Part shown: positions 8,728 to 17,137 of the stretch, piece after piece
How positions within the stretch are numbered: the first letter of the stretch is position 1
Layout: every line of letters starts with the position of its first letter
Notes under the pieces: generated by a model
What the model was told of the DNA's origin: nothing
Database searches by the model: none
Seen by the model: only the letters and a program-made list of their open reading frames with translations
NCBI GenBank assembly: GCA_963709425.1
Contig: CAVPWG010000006.1
Coordinates: forward strand, 121,913-185,912
DNA: 64,000 nt
Direction of reading: 5' to 3'
Source: an uncultured Actinomycetes bacterium
GTDB lineage: Bacteria; Actinomycetota; Thermoleophilia; Gaiellales; JAICJC01
Position numbers and translations under genes: made by a program

Positions 8728-9942
8728 TCATTGGTCTGGGGCGGTGTCGATGGTCGGTGCGTGGGCGAGGTAGTGGCCGAGGTGGTGGGCGTCGATCTTT
8801 CCGCCTGGCCACCACAACGGTTCGGTGCTGGTGGTGGCCGTGTCGCCGCGGCCGCCGGTCACGTCCGCGTGCAGGTAGAGCGGTGTGCTGCCGGTGAGCA
8901 GCAGCGCGTGCAGGTGAAGGCGGAGCGGTGGTGGATCTTCGATTGGGGCGCCGGCGCGCTTGGCGACCAGGTGGGCGACGTGGTCGGCCTGCTGAGCGGC
9001 GATCCCGCCCTGCTTGATGGGGAACGTGGTGATGTCTCCGACGGCATAGACGTCAGGGCGACCGGTGACCTGTCCGAGCTCGTTGGTGGGCAGAAACCCG
9101 GCTGGGTTGTGCGGAAGCCCGCCGATCGCGGCGCCGCGCGCCTCAGGCATGCATACCACCCGGTCAACGGCGAGTGCGCGCGCCAGTGCCAGGATCAGGC
9201 GGTTCGGGTACACGCGCACGGGGTAGGTGGCCAGGTGCACGCGGATGTGGTGGTCGTGAAGTAGTTGGGATACCGTCGCACTTACATCCCCGCCGAACTG
9301 AGCGAGCGGTTGGGCCTCGGGGGTCACCAGCTCGAGCGAGACGGCTGGGAGCTTCTTCTGGGCGACGTGGGTGGCGGTCAACAGGGCGAGCTCATACAGC
9401 GGCAGCGCCCACGAGGCGCCGCGCGGAAGCGCGAACGCAACGCGCTTGACGGCCCCGTATTCGATCTGCCGCAGGAGGTCGCGAACGGCATCGGCGTCCG
9501 GCTCTCCGCGGAACGTGAGCGCCCCTTCCAGGACGGGCACGCGAAGAGCGCCGGTGGCGATGACGAGCACATCGTAGGCGAGCGATTCACGGGTATCGGT
9601 GACGGCGAGATGGTTCGTTGCGTCGACGCGTTCCAGCGACCCCGTGACGAGGCGCGCGCCGGCGGCAGCGGCCATGTCTGACAACGCGAAGCGATGAACC
9701 TGGCCGCTGCCGAACGGCACCGCGACCGATGCCGGCCGGTAGCGAAACTCGGACTCCGGCGTGAGCAGCGTGACCTCAACGCGCTCCTCAGCCAGATCAC
9801 GCAGCCCCAGCATCACCTCCAAGGCGCCGACACCGCCACCCACGATCGCCACCCTCAGTCCGCCGCGACCGGATGCGCCAGACAGCTCGGGACTATCGGC
9901 CACCAACGCTAACCATCCTATTTGTCGGCCGGCGCCAAGCAT
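8728..9942 (-). CDS. FAD-dependent oxidoreductase, sulfide:quinone oxidoreductase-like (start uncertain)
   Basis: VAIVGGGVGALE Rossmann motif, YDVLVIATGA, VYAVGD, IKQGGIAAQQAD. Confidence 0.8.
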   Translation of the reverse strand: MLGAGRQIGWLALVADSPELSGASGRGGLRVAIVGGGVGALEVMLGLRDLAEERVEVTLLTPESEFRYRPASVAVPFGSGQVHRFALSDMAAAAGARLVTGSLERVDATNHLAVTDTRESLAYDVLVIATGALRVPVLEGALTFRGEPDADAVRDLLRQIEYGAVKRVAFALPRGASWALPLYELALLTATHVAQKKLPAVSLELVTPEAQPLAQFGGDVSATVSQLLHDHHIRVHLATYPVRVYPNRLILALARALAVDRVVCMPEARGAAIGGLPHNPAGFLPTNELGQVTGRPDVYAVGDITTFPIKQGGIAAQQADHVAHLVAKRAGAPIEDPPPLRLHLHALLLTGSTPLYLHADVTGGRGDTATTSTEPLWWPGGKIDAHHLGHYLAHAPTIDTAPDQ

Positions 9943-10534
9943 ATCCGTGTTCGAGCACGTACGGCCGGCCGGCGATCGACCGCCTCCAGTCGGCCCCGGC
10001 CGTCCACACCGATGGGGTGTGCATCAGCTTCTCGACCGCATCCGCGACGTTCTCACCCCGGAAGATGAAAATGACGTGGTCACGGCCGACATACACGTCA
10101 TGCGACTCCAACTCGGACATCGCGACGGGGTCAAAGGGCGGGCCGTGGCGTACCAGTTCACGGACGCGAGCTCGGTGGTCGCGCCGGATCGGCACTTCCA
10201 CCGACACCCCCGTCGACATCCGAGGCGCCCTCCCGCTCAACTCCGCCGCAAGATTCGCGATCTCAAACAGCCTCCCCGCTCCGTCTAGCGCCACGACGCT
10301 CAACCAGGAACCGTCGTGCTGCTCGACAACCACAGAATGCGAGTCGTCGACGTCATCCCGCCCGGGACGCACCAGCCGCACCCGGACGATGTCATTCGGC
10401 CCCAGAACCCGGTCCCGGAACTCCCCCTCGGCGGAGGCCCCCCGCAGATGCAACCCCGCATCCTCGACGCTGAGCCTCCCCACAAACCGGGGCCCATCCG
10501 ACTCACACCACACCACCGCGAACCCTTCCGCCAT
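9893..10534 (-). CDS. Hypothetical protein; C-terminal domain homologous to the small protein at 16797..17089
   Basis: GPPFDP...ELESHDVYVG.DHVIFIFRG...YAWRR; GGGGG RBS before the ATG. Confidence 0.65.
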   Translation of the reverse strand: MAEGFAVVWCESDGPRFVGRLSVEDAGLHLRGASAEGEFRDRVLGPNDIVRVRLVRPGRDDVDDSHSVVVEQHDGSWLSVVALDGAGRLFEIANLAAELSGRAPRMSTGVSVEVPIRRDHRARVRELVRHGPPFDPVAMSELESHDVYVGRDHVIFIFRGENVADAVEKLMHTPSVWTAGADWRRSIAGRPYVLEHGYAWRRPTNRMVSVGGR

Positions 10535-11028
10535 CCCCCCACGCTACCCACACAGCGCGGGTCGAGCATCAGGGCGCACCCCGAACACCGATCCGTAGAA
10601 GCTCCCGCACCGCGACCGAATCTTCTGTGGATTTGTGGTCTTGCGCCGCGAACGTGCGTTGAAGCGGCTGTCCGCCGTGCACCGTGGCCGCTAAGACGAT
10701 CACCCCTGACAGCCGCCGGAGCTGCGCAAAGCGGCCGCCGGTAAGCTCGCGACTCGCGAAGCGGTCTCGGCCTCCAACCTGCTCAGGTCGGTGTGGATGG
10801 TCATGTGACTGCTCCTGTGCTGTGGCCGCGGGGGGCTACCTCGAGCCTGTTCTCGCCGAGCACGCGGCGATCGTGGACGCTCGAGGAGCGCGATGCGGCC
10901 CGGGCGGCCGAGGCGCTTGGCGAGCACTTGCACCGATCCGACTACTAGCCCCTACGAGGGGTTTCCCACAGCCGCGATCAGGCCCGGCCCCGATGCCGGA
11001 ACGGGGTGGTCTGCCGATACTGGGACCG

Positions 11029-11044
11029 GTGAGAGTTCTCTCAC
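11029..11044. promoter_or_regulatory. Palindrome GTGAGAG-TT-CTCTCAC (TGAGA-N4-TCTCA) upstream of the response regulator
   Basis: Perfect 7-bp inverted repeat 25 nt before ATG 11070; the same core occurs at 13137. Confidence 0.55.
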
Positions 11045-11069
11045 GTCTAGAGGCCACACTGAGAGCCAG

Positions 11070-11753
11070 ATGAACATCCTGGTCGTCGAGGACGAAGCCC
11101 TGATCACGGACTTCCTGCGCCGTGGGCTCGAGGCTGAGGGATACGCCGTCGACACGGCGGCGCGGGGCGAGGACGCCCTCGCCTGCCTGCGTGCGCGCCC
11201 GCCGGACCTCGTGATCCTGGACGTGATGCTCCCCGGCATGGATGGGTTCGAGGTCCTCGGCGCGATCCGCGCGAGCGACCCCGACCTGCCCGTCATCATG
11301 CTGACGGCCCGCGGCGAGGTCGCCGACCGGGTGCGCGGGCTCGACCTCGGCGCCACCGACTACCTCGGCAAGCCGTTCGCGTTCGCCGAGCTCCTGGCGC
11401 GGATACGCGCCCGCACCCGGAGTCCGGCGCAGAACGGAAAGCCCGCGTCGTCGCTCTCCGTCGGGCCCGTGACGCTCGACCTCCTGGCCCGCGAGGCCGA
11501 GCTCGACGGCCGCCGCGTCGAGCTCTCGGCCCGCGAGTTCGCGCTGCTCGCGTACCTCATGCGGCATCCGGGCCAGGTGCTGTCGCGCCAGCAGATCCTG
11601 AACGGCGTCTGGGGCTACACCTTCGACCCACGCTCGAACCTGGTCGACGTCTACGTCGGATACCTGCGCCGCAAGCTCACGACGAACGGCCGGTCGCCGA
11701 TCGAGACGGTGCGCGGCATGGGCTACAGGATGGCGCGCGAGAGGGCGGCGTGA
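11070..11753 (+). CDS. OmpR/PhoB-family response regulator (MprA/CusR-like)
   Basis: MNILVVEDE, LDVMLP, LTAR, KPF, winged helix ending TVRGMGY. Confidence 0.93.
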   Translation: MNILVVEDEALITDFLRRGLEAEGYAVDTAARGEDALACLRARPPDLVILDVMLPGMDGFEVLGAIRASDPDLPVIMLTARGEVADRVRGLDLGATDYLGKPFAFAELLARIRARTRSPAQNGKPASSLSVGPVTLDLLAREAELDGRRVELSAREFALLAYLMRHPGQVLSRQQILNGVWGYTFDPRSNLVDVYVGYLRRKLTTNGRSPIETVRGMGYRMARERAA

Positions 11754-13168
11754 AGGGCGGGCTCGCGATCCGCACCCGGCTTGCGATCGTGAGCGCCACG
11801 CTCGCGGTGGGAGTGCTCGCCGCCGGGCTGCTCACGGTCTATCTCATCGATCGCCGCCAGGTCGACCAGTCGCTCGCGGCCGATGCGCAGGGTGCGGCGC
11901 GAGATCTCGCCGGGTCAGGCCAGCGCACGGGCGACGCTGCCGACGAAACGAGGCCCGAGAACGACGACCGCCTCGTGACCGCCTATCTCCAGGCTCGGGG
12001 CGGGTCGGGACAGCTGCTGGCCATCATCCCGCCAAGCGGGTTGCCCAGGGCGAACAGCCACCTCGCGCAGCGGTTGTGGGCTCGCACCGATATCCCGGTC
12101 GGGGGGGCCAAGCGGGTCGAGATCGCCGGGGAGGAATACGTCGCGTCGGCGGCCCGCCGTGACGGAGCGCGGTTCGTGGCCGCCGTGCCCGCGGCCGAGG
12201 CCGAGGCCGGCGTCCGCACGCTGCTCGACGCGATGCTCATCGTCTGCCTCGTCGGCCTTGTTCCCGCCACCGGGGCGGCATGGCTCGTGACGCGCCGGGC
12301 CCTCGCCCCGCTGTCGCGCATCGCCCAGCGCGCGTCGCGCGTCACGGCCGGCGACCTCTCCGTGCGGATGGGGTCGGTGCGGTCGCACGACGAGATCGCC
12401 GACGTCGCGATCGCGATCGACGCCATGCTCGACCGTCTCGAGGGCGCGTTCGCCGCCCAGCGGCGCTTCGTCCACGACGCGTCGCACGAGCTGCGAACGC
12501 CGCTCACGATCGCGCGCGGACACCTCGAGACGGCGCTCGTTCCGGGCCACCACCCGGCCGAGCTCGACGCGGCCGTTCGCGTCGCGATCGCCGAGCTCGA
12601 CCGGATGGGACGGCTGGTCGAGAGCCTTTTGCGGCTGGCGCGCACCGGCGCCGACGGCCGGCCGACTCGCGAGCCCGTCGACGTCGGCGAGCTCGCCCGC
12701 CGAGTCGTGACGCGGTCCACGGTCCTCGGCGACCGGGCCTGGAGCGTGGACGCCGCGCCGAGCGCGGTGATCGAGGGCGACGGCGACGCCGTCGAGCAGG
12801 TGCTCCTGAACCTCATCTCGAACGCGGTGCGGCACACGGCCGCCGGGCAGGCGATCAGCGTGTGCGTCGAAGCGAACGGTGACACCGTCACCCTGGAGGT
12901 GGCTGACTCCGGGGAGGGGATCGACCCCGCCCTCCTGCCGACGCTCTTCGACCGGTTCACCAGGGCGGATGCCGCGCGTGGGCGCGCCACCGGCGGGACC
13001 GGCCTGGGGCTTGCGATCTGCCGCGCCATCGTCGAGGCGCACGGCGGGACGATCTCGGCCGCGAGCGCACCGGGACGCGGCGCGACGTTCACCGTCGAGC
13101 TGCCGCGGATGGCAATTGCGGGCCCCGCCGAGGCCATGAGAACCGTCTCACACCCGGCTCACGCCTAG
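11750..13168 (+). CDS. Sensor histidine kinase (2 TM, HAMP, HisKA, HATPase)
   Basis: DASHELRTPL H-box, NLISNAVRH, DSGEGI, GTGLGL. Confidence 0.93.
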   Translation: MKGGLAIRTRLAIVSATLAVGVLAAGLLTVYLIDRRQVDQSLAADAQGAARDLAGSGQRTGDAADETRPENDDRLVTAYLQARGGSGQLLAIIPPSGLPRANSHLAQRLWARTDIPVGGAKRVEIAGEEYVASAARRDGARFVAAVPAAEAEAGVRTLLDAMLIVCLVGLVPATGAAWLVTRRALAPLSRIAQRASRVTAGDLSVRMGSVRSHDEIADVAIAIDAMLDRLEGAFAAQRRFVHDASHELRTPLTIARGHLETALVPGHHPAELDAAVRVAIAELDRMGRLVESLLRLARTGADGRPTREPVDVGELARRVVTRSTVLGDRAWSVDAAPSAVIEGDGDAVEQVLLNLISNAVRHTAAGQAISVCVEANGDTVTLEVADSGEGIDPALLPTLFDRFTRADAARGRATGGTGLGLAICRAIVEAHGGTISAASAPGRGATFTVELPRMAIAGPAEAMRTVSHPAHA

Positions 13169-13173
13169 CTCAC
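13137..13173 (+). promoter_or_regulatory. Putative OmpR-family binding site: TGAGA-N4-TCTCA plus CTCAC direct repeats at 11-bp spacing
   Basis: CTCAC at 13147, 13158 and 13169, upstream of the apbE operon. Confidence 0.6.
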
Positions 13174-13240
13174 CCCCGCTTCGTACGGTGGGAGATGACG
13201 CCGCACGACCGCGGCGCCCCCGACCGTAGGAGGAACGTCC

Positions 13241-13609
13241 GTGACCGTCCACCCGTCAGTTGCCTTCGCGGCCTTCGCCGCCGGGCTTGTCGTCGGCGGC
13301 GGTGCCTACGCAGCGAGTCACGACCTCGGGCTCGGCGACGGCCTGGCGGCCTCCGCCGACGCCCGAGCGCGGCTCGGCCAGGACATGCCGGTCGGCCGCC
13401 ACGGCCGCCGCGTGCGCCTCCTGGGATGGCACGCCCCGCGTGTGCCCCACCTGAAGCCGCCCCGTCCACGCGCGCCGGTGCTTCAGGTCGTGTCGGCGCC
13501 GGCGGTTGCGCCGGCACCGGTCGCGGCACCGGTCACGAGCACGAGCCCGGCCCCGCCGGTCACGAGAACGAGCCCCACGGGCGGGGACGATGGAGGAGAG
13601 GATGACTAG
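13241..13609 (+). CDS. Small secreted/anchored Pro-rich protein with PVTSTS and PVTRTS motifs
   Basis: RBS AGGAGG; hydrophobic N-terminus; stop overlaps the next start. Confidence 0.7.
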   Translation: MTVHPSVAFAAFAAGLVVGGGAYAASHDLGLGDGLAASADARARLGQDMPVGRHGRRVRLLGWHAPRVPHLKPPRPRAPVLQVVSAPAVAPAPVAAPVTSTSPAPPVTRTSPTGGDDGGEDD

Positions 13610-13979
13610 CACCGGACTTCGCATCTATACGACCGTCATCGCGCTGATCTGCGGCGCCGCCGTGGCCTGGTCGATCCATCAGGCATCCATGGCCTCGTCG
13701 TGGCAGGCGGACGCCCGCTCGTGGCACGCGGTCGCCCAGCGCACGGTGACCCACGACCGCGTGACGACCAACCGGATGCGCCATCTGGTGATCCGGTACA
13801 ACACGCTCGTCGTCCGCACCCGGCGCTCCGAGCGGAAGCTGCTCGCAGGCATGCGCCGCGCGCAGACGGCCGGCGCTCAGCTGCCTTCGGTGCCCGCGTT
13901 CGCAAGCGCGGCGGCTCCGACATCGGCGGCGCCGGTTGCCGCGCCCGCCCCCGCCCCGCCGACCACGCACACGAGCTGA
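13602..13979 (+). CDS. Small membrane-anchored protein with helical region and Pro/Ala tail ending PTTHTS
   Basis: RBS GGAGGAG; N-terminal TM segment (IYTTVIALICGAAVAWSI); TGATG coupling to apbE. Confidence 0.72.
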   Translation: MTSTGLRIYTTVIALICGAAVAWSIHQASMASSWQADARSWHAVAQRTVTHDRVTTNRMRHLVIRYNTLVVRTRRSERKLLAGMRRAQTAGAQLPSVPAFASAAAPTSAAPVAAPAPAPPTTHTS

Positions 13980-14881
13980 TGCGGACGGCCGCGAACATCG
14001 AGACGACCGCCGCGTGGGAATGGCGCGCCACCGGCACCACCTGGCGCATCCATCACACCGGCGGCGTCGACTCCGGCCTGGCCGCGACGATCGCGCAGGC
14101 GGTCGAGCGCGACGAGGCCCGCTGGTCGCGCTTCCGGCCCGACAGCGAGGTCGCGCGCCTGAACGCGTCGGCCGGCCGGCCGGTGCCCGTCTCACCTGCG
14201 ACGCTCGACCTGGTCGAGGCGTGCGTGTACTGGATCCGGTCGACGGGCGGCGTCTTCCAGCCGCTCGTCGGCGGCGCGCTTGTCGCGTGGGGCTACCGCC
14301 GCAGCCTGGCCGACCGCAAGGCCTACGCCGAGTCGAGCCCCGACCCGCGCCGGCTGGAGGGCCGTCCCCAGGTCGACCGTGCCAGGGGAACGGTGCAGAT
14401 CCCGGCCGGGACGAGGCTCGACCTGGGAGGGATCGCAAAGAGCTGGATGGCGTGCCGGGCCGCGGCGCTCGTGCGCGGGCGGTGTGACGACCTCACGATC
14501 CTTGTCGACGCGGGCGGCGACCTCGTCGCGGCACGCGGCCGGCACCTCGTGGCGGTCGAGGACCCTCGCGACCACGACGCGCCGCCGATCGCCCGGGTCT
14601 GGGTCGGCGAGGGACAGGGGATCGCCACGTCCGGGTACGGCCGGCGCCGATGGCAGAACGGCGACGGCCGCCCGGCCCACCACCTGATCGATCCCGAGAC
14701 CGGTGCGCCCGGGCCGAGGACGCATGCCACGGTGATCTCCGACGATCCGGTCGCCGCGGACGTCCTGGCGAAGCTCCTCACGCTTCGGCCCGGGCGGATC
14801 GCCGCGCTGGACGAGGCCGCGATGGTGATGAGCGACGGCGTCCTGCGGACGACGGCCGCATGGACGGAGGTGGCGGAGTGA
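13979..14881 (+). CDS. apbE: FAD:protein FMN transferase (ApbE family)
   Basis: WSRFRPDSEVARLN, LDLGGIAKSW, VDAGGDL, IATSG, HHLIDPETG. Confidence 0.9.
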   Translation: MRTAANIETTAAWEWRATGTTWRIHHTGGVDSGLAATIAQAVERDEARWSRFRPDSEVARLNASAGRPVPVSPATLDLVEACVYWIRSTGGVFQPLVGGALVAWGYRRSLADRKAYAESSPDPRRLEGRPQVDRARGTVQIPAGTRLDLGGIAKSWMACRAAALVRGRCDDLTILVDAGGDLVAARGRHLVAVEDPRDHDAPPIARVWVGEGQGIATSGYGRRRWQNGDGRPAHHLIDPETGAPGPRTHATVISDDPVAADVLAKLLTLRPGRIAALDEAAMVMSDGVLRTTAAWTEVAE

Positions 14882-15456
14882 TCCTCTGGGATGTGGCCCG
14901 GGCAAGCGCCTTCGTCGCCTTCGCCTGCTACACGCTGGTCGTCGCCTGGGGGATCGCGCTGAGCGCTCGCGTATGGCGCCCGCCGGCTCCTCATATGGCC
15001 TACCACCGGTTCCTGGCGTCGCTCGGGCTGGTCGCGGTCGGGATCCACATCGGCGCGCTGATGCTCGACCGCTACGCGCGCGTGACGGTTGCGTCCCTGG
15101 TCGGGCTGGATCCGCGGCCGGGCGTGGTGGTCGGCGCCGCCGCGCTGTGGCTCGTGCTCGCGCTCCCGCTGTCGTTCAGGCTGAAGCAGGCGCGGTGGAT
15201 GAGCCAGCGGGCCTGGCGCTCGCTGCACTACTTCGGCTACGCGGTCTGGGCGCTCTCGCTGGTGCACGGCATCGCCGCCGGGACCGACTCGCGGTCGCTC
15301 TTCGCGCTCGTGATCTACGGCGCATCGGCCGCCATCGTCGGCGGGGCGGCGTGGTACCGATGGCTCGAGCGCCCGGCCCCCGCCCCCAGGCGTGCGCCCG
15401 CCCGTGACCGGCTGCCGGCCCGGGCGGCGCTCGAGATCGACGGGGGCGAGCAGTGA
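14878..15456 (+). CDS. Ferric reductase-like (MsrQ-like) heme membrane protein
   Basis: Multiple TM helices with four His (YHRF, IHIG, WRSLHYFGY, LVHGI). Confidence 0.82.
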   Translation: MILWDVARASAFVAFACYTLVVAWGIALSARVWRPPAPHMAYHRFLASLGLVAVGIHIGALMLDRYARVTVASLVGLDPRPGVVVGAAALWLVLALPLSFRLKQARWMSQRAWRSLHYFGYAVWALSLVHGIAAGTDSRSLFALVIYGASAAIVGGAAWYRWLERPAPAPRRAPARDRLPARAALEIDGGEQ

Positions 15457-16571
15457 GCGCGGCGCGGTCGGTGACGGTGGTCGGAAACGGCGTTGCCGGC
15501 TACGCCTGCGCGCGCCGCCTCGCCGAGAGCGGCGCAGCGGTGACGCTGATCGGCCCGGGCCTCCCGTGCGACCGGCCTCCGCTGTCGAAGCGGGCGCTCC
15601 TGCGCGGCTCGGCGCCGTACCTGGCGACGGCCGCCGGCCTCGTCGAGTCCGGCATCCGCCATCTCGACGGCTGGGCGATCGATCTCGACCTCCCCCGCCG
15701 GCGGCTCGGCGTGCAGTGCGCGGCGCGGGGCGAGATCCACGAGCACGTCTTCGAGGAGCTCGTGTGGGCGACCGGCCTGCGCCCGACGCGGCCCCCGATC
15801 CCCGGAATCGGGGTTGCCCACCAGAACGCCGACCCGGCAGGTCTCGAGGAGCTTCTTCCCCGCCTCGAGCGGCCGGGTCGGCGGGTGGCCGTCATCGGAG
15901 CCGGGCTGATCGGGACGGAGACCGCCGCCACGTTGTCGGCGGCGCATCGCGTCACGCTGGTCGAGAGGGCCGAGCTGCCGTTGAGCCGGTTCCACAGCGC
16001 CGTGGGAGCCGAGGCGAACCGGGTGCTCGCGGGCCTCGGCGTCGCGTTCGCCGGCGGCTGCAACCTCGAGCGCATCGTGCCGATTCACGGCGGATCGCAG
16101 ATCATCGAGACGTCGACCCACGGGCGGATCGCGGCCGACGTCGTGATCGTCGCCGCCGGGGTGGCCTCGACGCTGCCGCCCGCTCTCGGCCCCGGGCCGA
16201 CCGTCGACACCGACGAGACGCTCGCGGTCCGAGGCCTCGACGGCGTCTGGGCGTGCGGCGACACGGCGGCCTTCCCGCACCCGCGGTTCGGCCGCATCGC
16301 GATCCCGCACTGGGACAACGCGCGGGCCGGCGGCGACCACGTCGCGCGCGCGATCCTGGGGTCGCGTGCGCCGTTCGAGCGGGATCCGTACTGGTTCTCG
16401 GACATCGGCCCGCTGCGCGTGCAGCAGGTCGGCTTCGAGCCGGCCGTGTGTGAATGGTCCGTGCGCGACGGGCTCCACGTCGGTTGCGCCGGTGACGGCC
16501 GCACCGCGTGCGTCCTGCTTCTGAACTCCCCCCACCGATTGAACGATGCCCGCCGCCTGGTTGCGGCCTGA
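15453..16571 (+). CDS. FAD-dependent NAD(P)H:ferredoxin reductase (putidaredoxin-reductase type)
   Basis: VVGNGVAG, DRPPLSK, VIGAGLIGTE, VWACGD, HWDNA, PYWFSD. Confidence 0.88.
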   Translation: MSAARSVTVVGNGVAGYACARRLAESGAAVTLIGPGLPCDRPPLSKRALLRGSAPYLATAAGLVESGIRHLDGWAIDLDLPRRRLGVQCAARGEIHEHVFEELVWATGLRPTRPPIPGIGVAHQNADPAGLEELLPRLERPGRRVAVIGAGLIGTETAATLSAAHRVTLVERAELPLSRFHSAVGAEANRVLAGLGVAFAGGCNLERIVPIHGGSQIIETSTHGRIAADVVIVAAGVASTLPPALGPGPTVDTDETLAVRGLDGVWACGDTAAFPHPRFGRIAIPHWDNARAGGDHVARAILGSRAPFERDPYWFSDIGPLRVQQVGFEPAVCEWSVRDGLHVGCAGDGRTACVLLLNSPHRLNDARRLVAA

Positions 16572-16595
16572 CCACCCCCGAGAGGAGACGACCCG

Positions 16596-16790
16596 ATGGA
16601 CACCCAGCTCATCATCGACCCGGACGCCTGCGTCGGCTACGGCGAGTGCGTCGCCGAGGACGCCGCCGCCGTCGAGCTCGACGAGAGCGGCTGCGCGCGG
16701 GCCCTGGTGCAGCTGCTTCCCCGCGACCGGGCGGAGCGGCTCTGCGCCGCGTGCCCGGTCGGCGCCATCACTCTCAAGCCGGCGGCGTAG
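16596..16790 (+). CDS. Single-cluster ferredoxin (CxxYxxC...CP)
   Basis: DPDACVGYGECV...AACPVGAI; RBS GAGGAG. Confidence 0.88.
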   Translation: MDTQLIIDPDACVGYGECVAEDAAAVELDESGCARALVQLLPRDRAERLCAACPVGAITLKPAA

Positions 16791-16796
16791 CGCCGG

Positions 16797-17089
16797 CTAC
16801 CGTCGCCATTCGAACACGGCGGTCAGCGCCTCGGGCGCCTTGACCGCGCCGGCCAGCTCGATCGACCTGAAGCTGGAGGTCGTGGTCGTCCGCCAGGCGG
16901 CGCACGATGGCCTCCGGGTCCTTGCCCTCGAACAGGAAGGCGACGTGCCTGCGGGCCGATGAAGACCGTGTGCCGTTCGAGCTCGGTCGCCGCGATGTCG
17001 TACGGCGGATCGCCGGAGAACGTCTCGAGCAGCTCCTCGCGGCGGGCGGGGTCGATCTGAGCGACGTAGAGGATCTTGGTCGCGGCCAT
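16797..17089 (-). CDS. Small hypothetical protein with two apparent frameshifts; homologous to the C-terminus of 9893..10534
   Basis: Reassembled across three frames: MAATKILYVAQIDPARREELLETFSGDPPYDIAATELERHTVFIG/RHVAFLFEGKDPEAIVRRLADDHDLQLQ/ELAGAVKAPEALTAVFEWRR. Confidence 0.6.
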
Positions 17090-17137
17090 CCGCGGTCGAG
17101 GATAGCGCTGCGGCCGGGCGGTTGTGCGCGCCGGTGG

